Assembly (NCBI GenBank): GCA_019120415.1
Contig: DWVF01000060.1
Span: 18,978 to 82,977 of the forward strand
Reading direction: 5' to 3'
Source: Candidatus Sutterella merdavium
GTDB lineage: Bacteria; Pseudomonadota; Gammaproteobacteria; Burkholderiales; Burkholderiaceae_F
Length of the DNA: 64,000 nucleotides
The notes beneath the pieces are model-generated. The model worked only from the letters and a program-made list of their open reading frames with translations. It did no database searches and was not told the origin of the DNA. A program made the position numbers and the translations under genes. Below are positions 9,663 to 21,958 of this stretch, piece by piece (the first letter of the stretch is position 1; each line of letters begins with the position of its first letter).

Positions 9663-11408
9663 TCAGCGGCCGAGCTTTCCGAGGAGGAAATCGACGGCTT
9701 CGTCCGTCTTCACCATGACCTTTTCCGCGAGGTTGCGGCGATCGGCGTATTCGACGGCGCCTTCCTTGAGGCCGCGGTCGCCGATGACGACGCGGTGCGG
9801 CACGCCGATGAGTTCCCAGTCGGCGAACATGACGCCCGGACGCATGTCACGGTCGTCGAGAATCACGTCGACGCCGCGGGCCTTCAGGTCTTCGTAGAGC
9901 TTGTCGGCCGCTTCGCGGACGGCTTCGCTCTTGGCGTAGTTCATCGGGCAGATGACAACTTCGAAGGGAGCGATCGAAGCGGGCCAGATGATGCCCTTTT
10001 CGTCGTGGTTCTGTTCGATCGCGGCGCCCGCGAGGCGGGTGACGCCGATGCCGTAGCAGCCCATCTGCAGAACCTGCGGCTTGCCGTTTTCGTCGAGGTA
10101 GGTGGCGTTGAGCGCTTCGGAGTACTTGGTGCCGAGATAGAAGACGTGACCGACTTCAATGCCGCGCTGCAGCTTGAGCGTGCCCTTGCCGTCGGGCGAG
10201 CGGTCGCCTTCGACGACGTTGCGAAGGTCGGCGACCTGGGGTTCGGGGAGATCGCGCCCGAAGTTGACGCCCGTGAGGTGGAAGCCCTCTTCGTTGGCGC
10301 CGCAGCAGAAGTCGCTCATGTCGGCGACCGTGCGGTCGGCGTACACCGCCACGTCTTCGGAGACGCCGACGGGACCGAGGTAGCCCGGCTTCGAGCCGAA
10401 GGTCGCGACGATTTCTTCGTCGGTGGCAAAGCGGAAGCCTTCCTTGAGTTCGGGAAGGTGACCGGCCTTCACTTCGTTCAATTCATGATCGGCGCGCAGG
10501 AGGACGAGCACGATCTTCGCGGGCAGCGGATCGCCCTCTTCGTCCGTGCGGTCGGCGGCGAGCACGACGCTCTTGACGCAGCGAAGAAGATCGATGCCCA
10601 GGTATTCGGCGACGAGTTCGCACTTTTCCTTCCCCGGCGTCGCGCGCTTTTCCATCGTTTCCTTGGCCTCTTCGCGGCCCGAGAGGACGGAGAAGGCTTC
10701 GGCGAGTTCGATGTTGGCGGCGTAGTCGCTTTCGGGCGCGTAGGCGATGAGGTCTTCGCCCGTGTCGGCGATCACCTGGAATTCATGCGAGCGCGAACCG
10801 CCGATCGCGCCCGTGTCGGCGCGCACGGCGCGGAACATCAGGCCGAGGCGGCGGAAGATCTTCTGATACGCATCGAACATGATGTCGTAGGAGCGCGAGG
10901 CGCCGGCTTCGTCGCGGTCGAAGGAATAGGCGTCCTTCATCGTGAATTCGCGGCCGCGCATGACGCCGAAGCGGGGACGGCGTTCGTCGCGGAACTTCGT
11001 CTGGATGTGATAGAAGTTCACGGGGAGCTGACGCCAGCTCTTGATTTCCTGACGTGCGATGTCGGTGACGACTTCTTCGGAGGTCGGCTGAATCACGAAG
11101 TCGCGGCCGTGACGGTCCTTGATGCGCAGAAGTTCGGGACCGTACTTTTCCCAGCGACCCGATTCCTGCCAGAGCTCGGCCGGCTGCACGATCGGCATGA
11201 GGAGCTCCACGGCGCCCGCGCGGTCCATTTCTTCGCGAATGATTTTCTCGATCTTGCGGATCGTACGAAGACCGAGCGGCATGTAGGTGTAGACGCCGGC
11301 GGCAAGTTTTTTGATCATGCCGGCCCGGATCATGAACTGCTGGCTCACGATGTCGGCGTCGGCGGGAGCTTCTTTCAACGTGGAAAGGAAAAAGGAACGC
11401 GCACGCAT
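9663..11408 (-). CDS. proS: Proline--tRNA ligase
   Basis: [26 protein letters not shown], editing insert, [16 protein letters not shown]. Confidence 0.98.
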   Translation of the reverse strand: MRARSFFLSTLKEAPADADIVSQQFMIRAGMIKKLAAGVYTYMPLGLRTIRKIEKIIREEMDRAGAVELLMPIVQPAELWQESGRWEKYGPELLRIKDRHGRDFVIQPTSEEVVTDIARQEIKSWRQLPVNFYHIQTKFRDERRPRFGVMRGREFTMKDAYSFDRDEAGASRSYDIMFDAYQKIFRRLGLMFRAVRADTGAIGGSRSHEFQVIADTGEDLIAYAPESDYAANIELAEAFSVLSGREEAKETMEKRATPGKEKCELVAEYLGIDLLRCVKSVVLAADRTDEEGDPLPAKIVLVLLRADHELNEVKAGHLPELKEGFRFATDEEIVATFGSKPGYLGPVGVSEDVAVYADRTVADMSDFCCGANEEGFHLTGVNFGRDLPEPQVADLRNVVEGDRSPDGKGTLKLQRGIEVGHVFYLGTKYSEALNATYLDENGKPQVLQMGCYGIGVTRLAGAAIEQNHDEKGIIWPASIAPFEVVICPMNYAKSEAVREAADKLYEDLKARGVDVILDDRDMRPGVMFADWELIGVPHRVVIGDRGLKEGAVEYADRRNLAEKVMVKTDEAVDFLLGKLGR

Positions 11409-11426
11409 GATGAATGTGTTGCTGAG

Positions 11427-11456
11427 AAAAAGGAAGGGCCCGCCGAAGCGGGCTTT
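11427..11456 (-). terminator. Terminator-like hairpin between proB and proS
   Basis: Minus strand AAAGCCCGC-TTCG-GCGGGCCCTTCCTTTTT. Confidence 0.65.
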
Positions 11457-11482
11457 CTAAGAAAAAGAGACTCCGTATTGTA

Positions 11483-12619
11483 TCAACCGGCCGGTTTGCG
11501 CGTTTGCACGAGCACCATGTTGTTGGCGTGGATGAGTTCGGGACGGTCGATGAGTCCGAGACGGGCGGGGATTTCCTCCGTGTGGCAGCCGATGATGCGG
11601 CGCGCGTCGTCGGAAGAGTAATTGACGAGGCCGCGGGCGATCTCTTCACCCGACTCCGTCACGCAGGCGACGACTTCGCCCCGGACGAAATCGCCCTCGA
11701 TCGCCTTGACGCCCACGGGCAGAAGCGAGCGGTGCTCGCGAAGGGCCCGGGCGGCGCCCTTGTCGACGACGGCCTTGCCGGAGACGCGCAGGTGGTCGGC
11801 GAGCCACTGCTGCCGCGCATGCAGAACGCTCGACGCGGCGACGAGCTGCGTGCCGATCGATTCGCCCTGGGCGAGGCGCACGAGCACGTTATCCTCCCGG
11901 CCCGACGCGATGATCGTGCCCGCCCCCGATCGGGCCGCGCGCTTGGCGGCGAGGATCTTCGTAATCATGCCGCCCTTCGAGAGGGTCGACGCGGCGCCGC
12001 CCGCCATGCGCTCGAGCGCGGGGTCGCCCGCCGTCGCCTCGGAGACGAATTCGGCGTCGGGATTCTTTCGGGGATCCTCCGTGTAGAGACCGCGCTGATC
12101 GGTGAGGATCACGAGCACGTCCGCTTCGACGAGGTTCGTCACGAGGGCGCCGAGCGTGTCGTTGTCCCCCACCTTGATTTCGCTCGTCGCGATCGTGTCG
12201 TTTTCATTGATGACCGGAACGACGCCGAGGCGAAGGAGCTCGATGAGGGTCATGCGGGCGTTGAGATACTGCTCGCGGTCCGTGAGGTTGGCGTGGGTGA
12301 GGAGCACCTGCGCGGTGCCGATGCCGTGCTCGCGGAAGTGCCGCTCGTAGGCCTGCACGAGCCCCATCTGGCCCACGGCCGCGGCCGCCTGCAGTTCGTA
12401 GAGGCGCCCCGGTCGCTTTTCCCAGCCGAGCCGCAGCACCCCTTCGGCGACGGCCCCCGAACTCACCAGGATGACTTCCTTGCCCATCTTCTGGAGCGCG
12501 GCGATTTGGCCCGCCCAACGGGCGAGCGCCGAGTCGTCGAGGCCGCGGCCGTCGTTCGTGACGAGCGCGCTGCCGACCTTCACCACGACGCGGCGTGCGG
12601 ATGCTAAGAGTGCGGTCAT
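11483..12619 (-). CDS. proB: Glutamate 5-kinase
   Basis: [33 protein letters not shown]-terminal PUA domain. Confidence 0.97.
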   Translation of the reverse strand: MTALLASARRVVVKVGSALVTNDGRGLDDSALARWAGQIAALQKMGKEVILVSSGAVAEGVLRLGWEKRPGRLYELQAAAAVGQMGLVQAYERHFREHGIGTAQVLLTHANLTDREQYLNARMTLIELLRLGVVPVINENDTIATSEIKVGDNDTLGALVTNLVEADVLVILTDQRGLYTEDPRKNPDAEFVSEATAGDPALERMAGGAASTLSKGGMITKILAAKRAARSGAGTIIASGREDNVLVRLAQGESIGTQLVAASSVLHARQQWLADHLRVSGKAVVDKGAARALREHRSLLPVGVKAIEGDFVRGEVVACVTESGEEIARGLVNYSSDDARRIIGCHTEEIPARLGLIDRPELIHANNMVLVQTRKPAG

Positions 12620-12687
12620 GTTCTCTCCCTTGAGGTTCAGTGTGCGGATTCGTTCACTCTAGCATTTTCGAGCTCGGTCGAGATAGC

Positions 12688-12723
12688 AAAACGGCCCGCC
12701 TCCCCGAAGGAAAGCGAGCCGTT
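12688..12723 (-). terminator. Intrinsic terminator after obgE
   Basis: Minus strand AACGGCTCGCTTTCC-TTCG-GGGAGGCGGGCCGTTTT. Confidence 0.75.
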
Positions 12724-12744
12724 GCGGCGAATGCCTTTGCGTTT

Positions 12745-13883
<1,139 letters not shown>

Positions 13884-13908
13884 TCGTCGGATTCGATTAC
13901 AAGCCGAA

Positions 13909-14163
13909 TCAGGCTTCAACCTTCACATAGTGACGGTTGAGACGACCCTTGACTTCGAACTTGACGACGCCGTCAACGAGGGCGTAGAGCGTGTGATCCT
14001 TGCCCATGCCGACGTTGTCGCCGGCGTGGAACTTCGTGCCGCGCTGACGAACGATGATGCCGCCGGCGCTGACCGCCGCGTCACCGAAAACCTTGACGCC
14101 AAGACGCTTGGCCTGAGAGTCACGACCGTTGCGGGTGGAACCGCCACCTTTCTTATGTGCCAT
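13909..14163 (-). CDS. rpmA: 50S ribosomal protein L27
   Basis: [16 protein letters not shown]. Confidence 0.99.
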   Translation of the reverse strand: MAHKKGGGSTRNGRDSQAKRLGVKVFGDAAVSAGGIIVRQRGTKFHAGDNVGMGKDHTLYALVDGVVKFEVKGRLNRHYVKVEA

Positions 14164-14192
14164 TTTAAATTCTCTCTATGAAAAGTAACGAA

Positions 14193-14504
14193 TTAAGCCG
14201 CGATCGCTTCGATCTTGAGCTCGGTGTAGTTCTGACGGTGGCCGCCGCTCTTCATGGAGTGCTTGCGGCGACGGAACTTGAAGATGCGGACCTTTTCGCC
14301 GCGGCCGTGCGAGAGCACCGTGGCCGTAACGGAGGCGCCTTCGAGCACGGGAGCGCCGACCTTGAGGCCGTCTTCGCCGGCAACGGCGAGCACTTCCGTA
14401 AGGGTGATCTGGGAGCCGACTTCAGCTTCCAAGGATTCGACCTTGAGCTTGTCGCCGACGCAAACGCGGTACTGCTTACCGCCAGTCTTGATAATAGCGT
14501 ACAT
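14193..14504 (-). CDS. rplU: 50S ribosomal protein L21
   Basis: [12 protein letters not shown]...GHRQNYT; start at 14504. Confidence 0.99.
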   Translation of the reverse strand: MYAIIKTGGKQYRVCVGDKLKVESLEAEVGSQITLTEVLAVAGEDGLKVGAPVLEGASVTATVLSHGRGEKVRIFKFRRRKHSMKSGGHRQNYTELKIEAIAA

Positions 14505-14763
14505 GTTGAATAACCTCGCCCGTTCCGCCGTATGCGGAACCTTTTTGTAATCACCGTACGGACGCTCGCCCGAAAGACGAATGTCGGCCGCACGGAGGAG
14601 TGCGTGGAAAGGGCTGTATTTTTTCATACTGCAGGGGCCGCGTCAAGCGAAAAGTCGGTTTTTCCGCACTCTTCCGAAACAAACGACGGTCATTTCCCCG
14701 CCCGAAAAGGGCCTTCGGCCTCTATACTTGAACCCGCACCCATTCAACCATACGGAAAAGCTC

Positions 14764-15759
14764 ATGCAGGACATCCGTTCTTCCGACCCCAAGGCGCTCG
14801 TCCGCGCGCTCTTCGCCCCGATCGCCGAAGACATGGCGGCGGTCGACGCCATCATTCGCGAGGAGCTCGACTCCGACGTACCCCGCATGCGCGAGATCGG
14901 CGAGCACATCGTCAACGCGGGCGGCAAGCGCATGCGCCCCGCCCTCCTGATGCTCATCTGCCGCGCGCTCGGCTATGAAGGGGAACTTCACCGTTATCTC
15001 GGCGCCACGATCGAACTCCTCCACACGGCGACCCTCATGCACGACGACGTCGTCGACGAGAGCGCCGTGCGCCGCGGCAAACCCACGGCCAACGCCCTCT
15101 GGGGCAACGGCGTCGCGGTCCTCGTCGGAGACTTCCTTTATACGCGCTCCTTCCAGATGATGATCCGCGCTGGGAACCTGCGCGTCATGCAGGCGCTCGC
15201 GGACGCCGCCAACACGCTCGCCGAAGGCGAAGTGAAGCAGATGGTGAACGCCCACGACCCGACGGTCGACGAAAAGCGCTACTTCGAAGTGATCGAACGA
15301 AAGACCGCCTGCCTCTTTGAAGCGGGCGCCAAGATGGCCGCCGCGATCGCGGACTGCTCCGAAAAGGACGAAGCGGCCGTGCGCGAATACGCGCTTGCGC
15401 TTGGCAACGCCTTCCAGATCGTCGACGACATGCTCGACTACACGGGCGTCTCGAGCGACATCGGCAAGAACCTCGGCGCCGATCTGCGCGAGGGCAAGGT
15501 GACGCTTCCGCTTCTCTACGCCCGACTCCATACGAGCGAGGAAAACCGCGCCCTCATCGACGCGGCCATCCGCAGCGGCAACGGAGACTTTGACAAAATC
15601 AGTTCGATTGTGATAGAATCCCAAGCTATCGCGCGATGCAAGCAGCGTGCGGAGCAAGAGCTCGAACGAGGAAAAGCAGCTTTGTTACAATTAAGTCCTA
15701 GCATTTTCCGAGATTCTCTGCTACAATTGCTCTTCTACACAGTTTGCAGGGATCGATAA
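14764..15759 (+). CDS. ispB: Octaprenyl/polyprenyl diphosphate synthase
   Basis: GGKRMRP, HDDVVD, FQIVDDMLD; divergent from rplU. Confidence 0.94.
   Translation: MQDIRSSDPKALVRALFAPIAEDMAAVDAIIREELDSDVPRMREIGEHIVNAGGKRMRPALLMLICRALGYEGELHRYLGATIELLHTATLMHDDVVDESAVRRGKPTANALWGNGVAVLVGDFLYTRSFQMMIRAGNLRVMQALADAANTLAEGEVKQMVNAHDPTVDEKRYFEVIERKTACLFEAGAKMAAAIADCSEKDEAAVREYALALGNAFQIVDDMLDYTGVSSDIGKNLGADLREGKVTLPLLYARLHTSEENRALIDAAIRSGNGDFDKISSIVIESQAIARCKQRAEQELERGKAALLQLSPSIFRDSLLQLLFYTVCRDR
15590..15619 (+). promoter_or_regulatory. Sigma70-type promoter inside the ispB 3' end, probably for tRNA-Pro
   Basis: TTGACA (15590-15595), 18 bp spacer, TAGAAT (15614-15619). Confidence 0.55.
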
Positions 15760-15783
15760 CGGTTCCGCGCAATACAAAAGAAT

Positions 15784-15860
<77 letters not shown>

Positions 15861-15926
15861 GCGAATTCAAAGAAGGTTCTCGTGTACAGTTGGACACGGG
15901 AACCTTTTTCTTTTTGGGGATTTGCC

Positions 15927-16553
15927 ATGACGACCGCACACGACGCCCTTTCTCCCGTACCGGTGATCGGCCTCACGGGCGGCATCGGCTCGGGGAAATC
16001 GACGGCGGCGACCGTCTTTCGCTCGCTCGGCGTCCCTGTCGTGGACGCGGACGCGATTTCGCGCGCCCTGACGGGTCCCGGGGCCGAAGGGTCGCTCGCC
16101 GTGGCCAGACGCTTCGGAGAGGACTTCCTCGACGAAAACCGTGCCATGAACCGCGCCCGCATGCGCGAACTCGTCTTTTCGAATCCGGAAGCCAGGCGCG
16201 AACTCGAAGCCCTTCTTCACCCTCTCATCGGACGCGACGTGCTGCGCGCCTTCTCTTCGCTCTCCCCCGACACGCCCTACGCGGTCTTCGACTGTCCCCT
16301 GCTTCTCGAAAACAAGACTTGGCGCGGATTCGTCTCGCGCGTTCTCGTCATCGACCTCGCCGAAGAAGCCTCGGTCGAGCGCGTCGTGCGCCGCAGCGGC
16401 CTCGCCCCCGAAACGGTCCGTTCGATTCTTCGGAGTCAGCTTCCCCGCCGCGCCCGACTCGACGCCGCGGACGACGTCGTCTACAACGGCTCCACCCCCG
16501 AGGCGCTGGCGAATCGCATCAAACTGTTACATAAAATCTATGGCGGGAAATGA
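15927..16553 (+). CDS. coaE: Dephospho-CoA kinase
   Basis: IGLTGGIGSGKST, DADAIS, LEALLHPLI, PLLLE. Confidence 0.95.
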   Translation: MTTAHDALSPVPVIGLTGGIGSGKSTAATVFRSLGVPVVDADAISRALTGPGAEGSLAVARRFGEDFLDENRAMNRARMRELVFSNPEARRELEALLHPLIGRDVLRAFSSLSPDTPYAVFDCPLLLENKTWRGFVSRVLVIDLAEEASVERVVRRSGLAPETVRSILRSQLPRRARLDAADDVVYNGSTPEALANRIKLLHKIYGGK

Positions 16554-16643
16554 GAAGCTCTGTCGATCGCCCGCTTCTCTTGTTATCGTATTCTTCTCAT
16601 CCCTTGATCTCATTGCCAGCGCCGGGCGCAGAAGGAGCTTTTC

Positions 16644-17381
16644 ATGTCGGATTCCGACGTCCTCAGCTACGAATTCCCCTGCAACGAAAAGATTCGGACC
16701 TATCTGCGTCTGGAGGCGCTCTTTCACCGCTTCGACTGGCTTGCCGCCCAGGATTCGCCCGTGGCGCATCACTGCGCGATCGGCGCGCTCTTTGACCTGA
16801 CGGACGCCACCGCCCGTTCGGACCTGCGCAACGAGCTCGTTCAGGGGCTCGAGCGCCGCCGCCAGCAGACGGAAGCCGGCACGCCCCGTCATCAGCACCT
16901 CACCGACCTCATTCACGACATCACGCGCATCGTAGGAAAGTCCGGCCAGAGCATCCGCGAAAACGAATGGCTGCAGCTCATCCGCACGCGCCAGTCGCTG
17001 GCGGGCGGCACCTGCGAATTCGACCTTCCCGTCCTCCATCACTGGCTCTCGATGCCCTTTGCCGTGCGCCACGAGGAACTGCAGGGCTGGGTCGCCTCGT
17101 TCGAGCCGATCCGCAACGCCATTCAGATGGTGATCGACGAAATTCGCGCCAACTGCGTCGTGCAGACGCTCGAGGCGAAATCGGGCTCCATGCAGTACCC
17201 GGTCAACGGCCGGCGCTATCTTCTTGCGCGCATCGAACTTCCGCGCGACGCAGAGGTGATCCCCGAAGTGAGCGCCAACAAATACATGCTGTGGATTCGT
17301 TTCTCGAGCCCCGACGAAAACCACAAGCTTCACCCGTTCAAGGGCAACGTCCCCTTCACGCTCGGACTCTGCACGCGCTGA
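16644..17381 (+). CDS. zapD: Cell division protein ZapD
   Basis: [33 protein letters not shown]. Confidence 0.92.
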   Translation: MSDSDVLSYEFPCNEKIRTYLRLEALFHRFDWLAAQDSPVAHHCAIGALFDLTDATARSDLRNELVQGLERRRQQTEAGTPRHQHLTDLIHDITRIVGKSGQSIRENEWLQLIRTRQSLAGGTCEFDLPVLHHWLSMPFAVRHEELQGWVASFEPIRNAIQMVIDEIRANCVVQTLEAKSGSMQYPVNGRRYLLARIELPRDAEVIPEVSANKYMLWIRFSSPDENHKLHPFKGNVPFTLGLCTR

Positions 17382-17403
17382 GGACGTTGGAACACGGAAA
17401 CAC

Positions 17404-17439
17404 AGACGGACCGCGCCCGAAGGTGCGGTCCGTCTTTTT
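17404..17439 (+). terminator. Terminator-like hairpin between zapD and yacG
   Basis: AGACGGACCGCGCC-CGAA-GGTGCGGTCCGTCT-TTTT. Confidence 0.75.
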
Positions 17440-17449
17440 GAGAAAAACC

Positions 17450-17683
17450 ATGAAAGTGAAATGCCCCGTCTGCGGGAAGGAAACCGAATATTCGCCCGCC
17501 AATCCCTACCGTCCGTTTTGCTCGGAAGTCTGCCGCACCGCGGACCTCGGATCCTGGGCGAGCGACGAATACGTGATTCACGGAGAACCGGGTTCCGCCA
17601 TGAACCTCTCGCCCGAGGAATACGAAGCCGCGGCCGAACACACGCGCGAGGTCGCCGCCAAGAAGGAGCGCTCCCGCAAGTGA
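17450..17683 (+). CDS. yacG: DNA gyrase inhibitor YacG
   Basis: [10 protein letters not shown]...YRPFCSEVC...[10 protein letters not shown]. Confidence 0.93.
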   Translation: MKVKCPVCGKETEYSPANPYRPFCSEVCRTADLGSWASDEYVIHGEPGSAMNLSPEEYEAAAEHTREVAAKKERSRK

Positions 17684-18901
17684 TCAGCGCAGGGACGAAA
17701 AAGTCCGTTCTTCAGGAAAATGCATGGAGAAGACGGATCCGACGCCGGGCGTCGACTCGATCTTGAGCGTCCCGCCGTTGCGGCGCAGGACGTGCTTCAC
17801 GATCGCAAGGCCCAGCCCCGTGCCGCCCGTCTGACGGGAGCGTCCCTTGTCGGCGCGGTAAAAGCGTTCCGTGAGTCTCGGAATGTGCTTGGCCTCGATC
17901 CCGATCCCCGTGTCGGCGACGGAAAAGACCGCACCCATGCCGCTTCGCCCCCAGCGCACCGTGATTGTGCCGCCGTCGGGGGTGTAGCGCACGGCGTTGG
18001 AGACGAGGTTCATCGCGGCGCTTCGCAGTTCGTCGGGGTGACCGAGAAGCAACACGTCCTCGATTTCCTTTACGAAGGTGTGTCGGCCGAGCGAAAGCGC
18101 TTCGCCCTCCCTCACGACGTCCTCGGCGATGCGGTGCATCGCGACGACTTCGGATTCGTCCGTCTGCGTTTCGTCGCGGTTTTCGAGCCCCGAGAGCATG
18201 AGAAGATCGTCGACGATGTGGCGCATGCGCTGCACCTGATCCCGAATGAGGGCGACGTGGTGCGGCTCGAGCGCCGCGTCCAGGTCGAAGAATCCTCCGA
18301 TGACGGTGAGCGGCGTCCTCAGTTCGTGCGAAACGTTCGCGACGAAGTCGCGCCGCATGTCTTCGACGCGGCGTTTGGCCGTCACGTCGTGCGACACGAT
18401 GAGGGTGTGCTGCAGGTCGGGCGCGACCACGGAGATTTCAAAGATTTCGTCGCGGCCGGGAAACTGACAGAGCATGGGCTCGTCAAAGCGGCGCGCATTG
18501 AGGAAGTTGCGCAGTCTTTCGTCGGACACCGCTTCGTGGAAGGGCTTGCCGAGCACGGACGCGTCCATGCCGAAGTGGCGCTCCGCCGCAACGTTCATCC
18601 ACTCGATTTCGGCGTTGTTGCCGAGAATCACGACGCCTTCGGGAAGAAGTCCGAGCGTCTGGCGGTAGCGCATGTCGCGCGCGACGATGCGCGACTCCGA
18701 GCGAAAGCCCTCTTCGAGCATGCGCTCGCAAAAGAAAAGCGTATAGAGGAAAAGAAGAGCCGTCGTGACGGCGAAAAAGCCGAGCGCCTGACGTCCGCCG
18801 AGAATCCCCCAGAGAAGGAGAGACACGACAAGGTCAAGCGCCACCACGACGAGCAGAATGCGGAACTGATGCTCGAAGCGTCCGTTTTCACTTGCGGCCA
18901 T
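17684..18901 (-). CDS. phoR: Phosphate regulon sensor kinase PhoR
   Basis: 2 TM, PAS, FVANVSHELRTPLTVI, NLVSNAVRYT, GGTGLGLAIVKH. Confidence 0.95.
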   Translation of the reverse strand: MAASENGRFEHQFRILLVVVALDLVVSLLLWGILGGRQALGFFAVTTALLFLYTLFFCERMLEEGFRSESRIVARDMRYRQTLGLLPEGVVILGNNAEIEWMNVAAERHFGMDASVLGKPFHEAVSDERLRNFLNARRFDEPMLCQFPGRDEIFEISVVAPDLQHTLIVSHDVTAKRRVEDMRRDFVANVSHELRTPLTVIGGFFDLDAALEPHHVALIRDQVQRMRHIVDDLLMLSGLENRDETQTDESEVVAMHRIAEDVVREGEALSLGRHTFVKEIEDVLLLGHPDELRSAAMNLVSNAVRYTPDGGTITVRWGRSGMGAVFSVADTGIGIEAKHIPRLTERFYRADKGRSRQTGGTGLGLAIVKHVLRRNGGTLKIESTPGVGSVFSMHFPEERTFSSLR

Positions 18902-19599
18902 CAAAGCCCCCGGCAACGGTAGCCCACGCCGCGCACGGTCTCAATGAGGTCTTCGGCCGCCGTTCCGGCAAGCGCCTTTCTGAGACGAAGCATGTGCACG
19001 TCGACCGTGCGTTCGTCCACGTAGACGCTCTCCCAAACGGCCTCGAGAAGCTGGGCGCGCGAAAAGACGCGTCCGGGGTGCGAGGCGAAGAGATGGAGAA
19101 GTCGGAATTCCTTTCCCGAGAGCTTTACGGGCACCCCGTCGACGCTCGCTTCAAAGCGGGCTTCGTTCATGACGAGGGGACCGCAGCGCACGACGTTTTC
19201 GTCGCTTCGCTCCACGCGGGCCTTCTCCTGGCCCTGGCGGCGAAGCACCGCCCGGATGCGGGCGACGAGTTCGCGCGGGAAAAAGGGCTTCACAATGTAG
19301 TCGTCCGCTCCCGCGTCGAGCGCCTCGACGCGGTCGCGCTCCTCACCGCGGGCGGTCAGCATGATGACCGGAAGATCGGCCGTCTCGGGATCCTTCTTCA
19401 AATCTTCGAGCCAGGACTGACCCGAACGGTCGGGGAGCATCCGGTCGAGAAGAATCAGGTCGGGCCGGCGCGTCTTGAGTGCGGCGCAGGCTTCGCCCAC
19501 GTCCGCGGCGCCGACCACTTCGAAGCCCTCGCGTTCGCACACGAAGGAAACGAGTTCCCGAATCGGCAGTTCGTCTTCAACGATGAGGAGAAAAGTCAT
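18901..19599 (-). CDS. phoB: Phosphate regulon response regulator PhoB
   Basis: Receiver domain (LILLD, GADDYIVKPF) and winged helix (ERTVDVHMLRLRK, TVRGVGY); lies in the pst operon. Confidence 0.93.
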   Translation of the reverse strand: MTFLLIVEDELPIRELVSFVCEREGFEVVGAADVGEACAALKTRRPDLILLDRMLPDRSGQSWLEDLKKDPETADLPVIMLTARGEERDRVEALDAGADDYIVKPFFPRELVARIRAVLRRQGQEKARVERSDENVVRCGPLVMNEARFEASVDGVPVKLSGKEFRLLHLFASHPGRVFSRAQLLEAVWESVYVDERTVDVHMLRLRKALAGTAAEDLIETVRGVGYRCRGL

Positions 19600-19604
19600 G
19601 GGAA

Positions 19605-20285
19605 TCAGGCAATCAAATCATGGCGCACATCGGCACCTTCTCGGATGAAGATGACCGTTTCCGCCACGTTCTTCGTATGGTCGCCCACGCGCTCGAGCGC
19701 CTTGGCGATCCAGATGAGCTCCATCGCGCTCGTCGTAACGCCCGGGTCTTCGACCATGTGCGTCACCAGACTGCGAAGGGTCGTGCGGAAGACGTCGTCA
19801 ACCATCCTATCACGGAGCATCACCTCGCGAGCCGTATCGGTGTCGTCCGAAAGGAAAGCCTGCATGACGTCGTCGATCATGTGGCGCAGCGTCGCCACCG
19901 CCATCACGAGCGCCGAACGGTTGGTGAGAACGCTCTCGGCGGGTTGTTCCGCAAGGCGCAGGATCGAGCGCGCGATGTTGCGCGCTTCGTCGCCCATGCG
20001 TTCAAGGTCGATGCTGATGCGCGAGCACCCGAGAAGACGGCGAAGGTCGACCGCCTGGGGCTGACGGATGGCGATCTGGTTTTCGACCTGGGCGTCGACT
20101 TCCACGTGCTGTCCGTTGACGATGGCGTCGCCGTCGCGCACCTCTTCGGCGAGGGCGACGTCGAGCTTGATGAGGGCCTTGCCGGCCTTCTCGAGCTGCG
20201 AGGAAACCGTCGTCCCCATCGTGTAGACGAGCTTCGTCACCTCATCGAGGTCACGGTCAAAACTCTTGAGAATGTGTCCGCTCAT
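19605..20285 (-). CDS. phoU: Phosphate signalling protein PhoU
   Basis: RQPQAVDLR, DLERMGDEA, LERVGDHTKNVAE. Confidence 0.95.
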   Translation of the reverse strand: MSGHILKSFDRDLDEVTKLVYTMGTTVSSQLEKAGKALIKLDVALAEEVRDGDAIVNGQHVEVDAQVENQIAIRQPQAVDLRRLLGCSRISIDLERMGDEARNIARSILRLAEQPAESVLTNRSALVMAVATLRHMIDDVMQAFLSDDTDTAREVMLRDRMVDDVFRTTLRSLVTHMVEDPGVTTSAMELIWIAKALERVGDHTKNVAETVIFIREGADVRHDLIA

Positions 20286-20299
20286 TTCTCTTCAACTCC

Positions 20300-21082
<783 letters not shown>

Positions 21083-21094
21083 AACTGTTACTCG

Positions 21095-21958
21095 TCAGAA
21101 TTGCGAACGACGGCGTTCGCGCAACAAAATGGCGGCGAGACTCATCACGAGCACGAGCGCCACGAGCACGAGCGCGGTGCCGTACTGCAGCGGGCGCGTC
21201 GCCTCGATGTTGGTCCCCGAAGTGGCCATCACGTAGACGTGATAGGGAAGCGCCATGACGGGTTCGAAAAGGCTCACGCCGGTCTTGGGCGTGAAGTAGA
21301 CGCTGCCCGTGTACATGATGGCGGCCGTTTCCCCGGCGACGCGGGAGAGCGCGAGAATGGCGCCCGTCAAAATCCCGGGAAGCGCATTGGGAAGCACCAC
21401 CTTCATGATCGTCTCGCGGCGCGAGGCGCCGAGCGCGAGACTCGCTTCGCGCCAGTCCTGCGGAACCTGCGAGAGCGCGGCTTCGGTCGTGTTGATGATG
21501 ACCGGAAGCGAGAGCACCGAGAGCGTCAGAATCCCGGAGAGAAGGCTCACGTCGAAGCCGCAGAAGACGACGAAGAACGTGAGGCCGAACAAACCGAAGA
21601 CGATTGAAGGAACGCCCGCGAGGTTCGCGATCGAAAGACGCGTGAGCGTCACCCAGGCGGACGATCCGCCGTATTCGTGCAGGTACACGGCGCTCGCGAC
21701 GCCGAGCGGGAGCGCGATCACGAGGGCGCCCGCCGAAAGGAAGAAAGTGCCGACGAGACAGGGCCAGATGCCGCCCTCACTCATCATGTTGCGCGGAGGT
21801 TCCGTCAGGAATTCCCAGCTCAGGGCCGGCAGGGACTCGACGAAGATGAGCCCCAGGATGGCAAGCAGCGTTGCGATGTTGATGATCGCCGCCGCCCGCA
21901 TGAAACCGAAGCCGCACTTCTGCGTGAAGAAGCGCGCGCCGTTGTTTTTGTGACTCAT
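21095..21958 (-). CDS. pstA: Phosphate ABC transporter permease PstA
   Basis: LAGVPSIVFGLFG, REASLALGA, RVAGETA. Confidence 0.94.
   Translation of the reverse strand: MSHKNNGARFFTQKCGFGFMRAAAIINIATLLAILGLIFVESLPALSWEFLTEPPRNMMSEGGIWPCLVGTFFLSAGALVIALPLGVASAVYLHEYGGSSAWVTLTRLSIANLAGVPSIVFGLFGLTFFVVFCGFDVSLLSGILTLSVLSLPVIINTTEAALSQVPQDWREASLALGASRRETIMKVVLPNALPGILTGAILALSRVAGETAAIMYTGSVYFTPKTGVSLFEPVMALPYHVYVMATSGTNIEATRPLQYGTALVLVALVLVMSLAAILLRERRRSQF

Noticed and set aside
16967-17449. Apparent N-terminal extension of YacG
   Set aside because: It overlaps zapD out of frame and runs through a terminator-like hairpin; the real start is 17450
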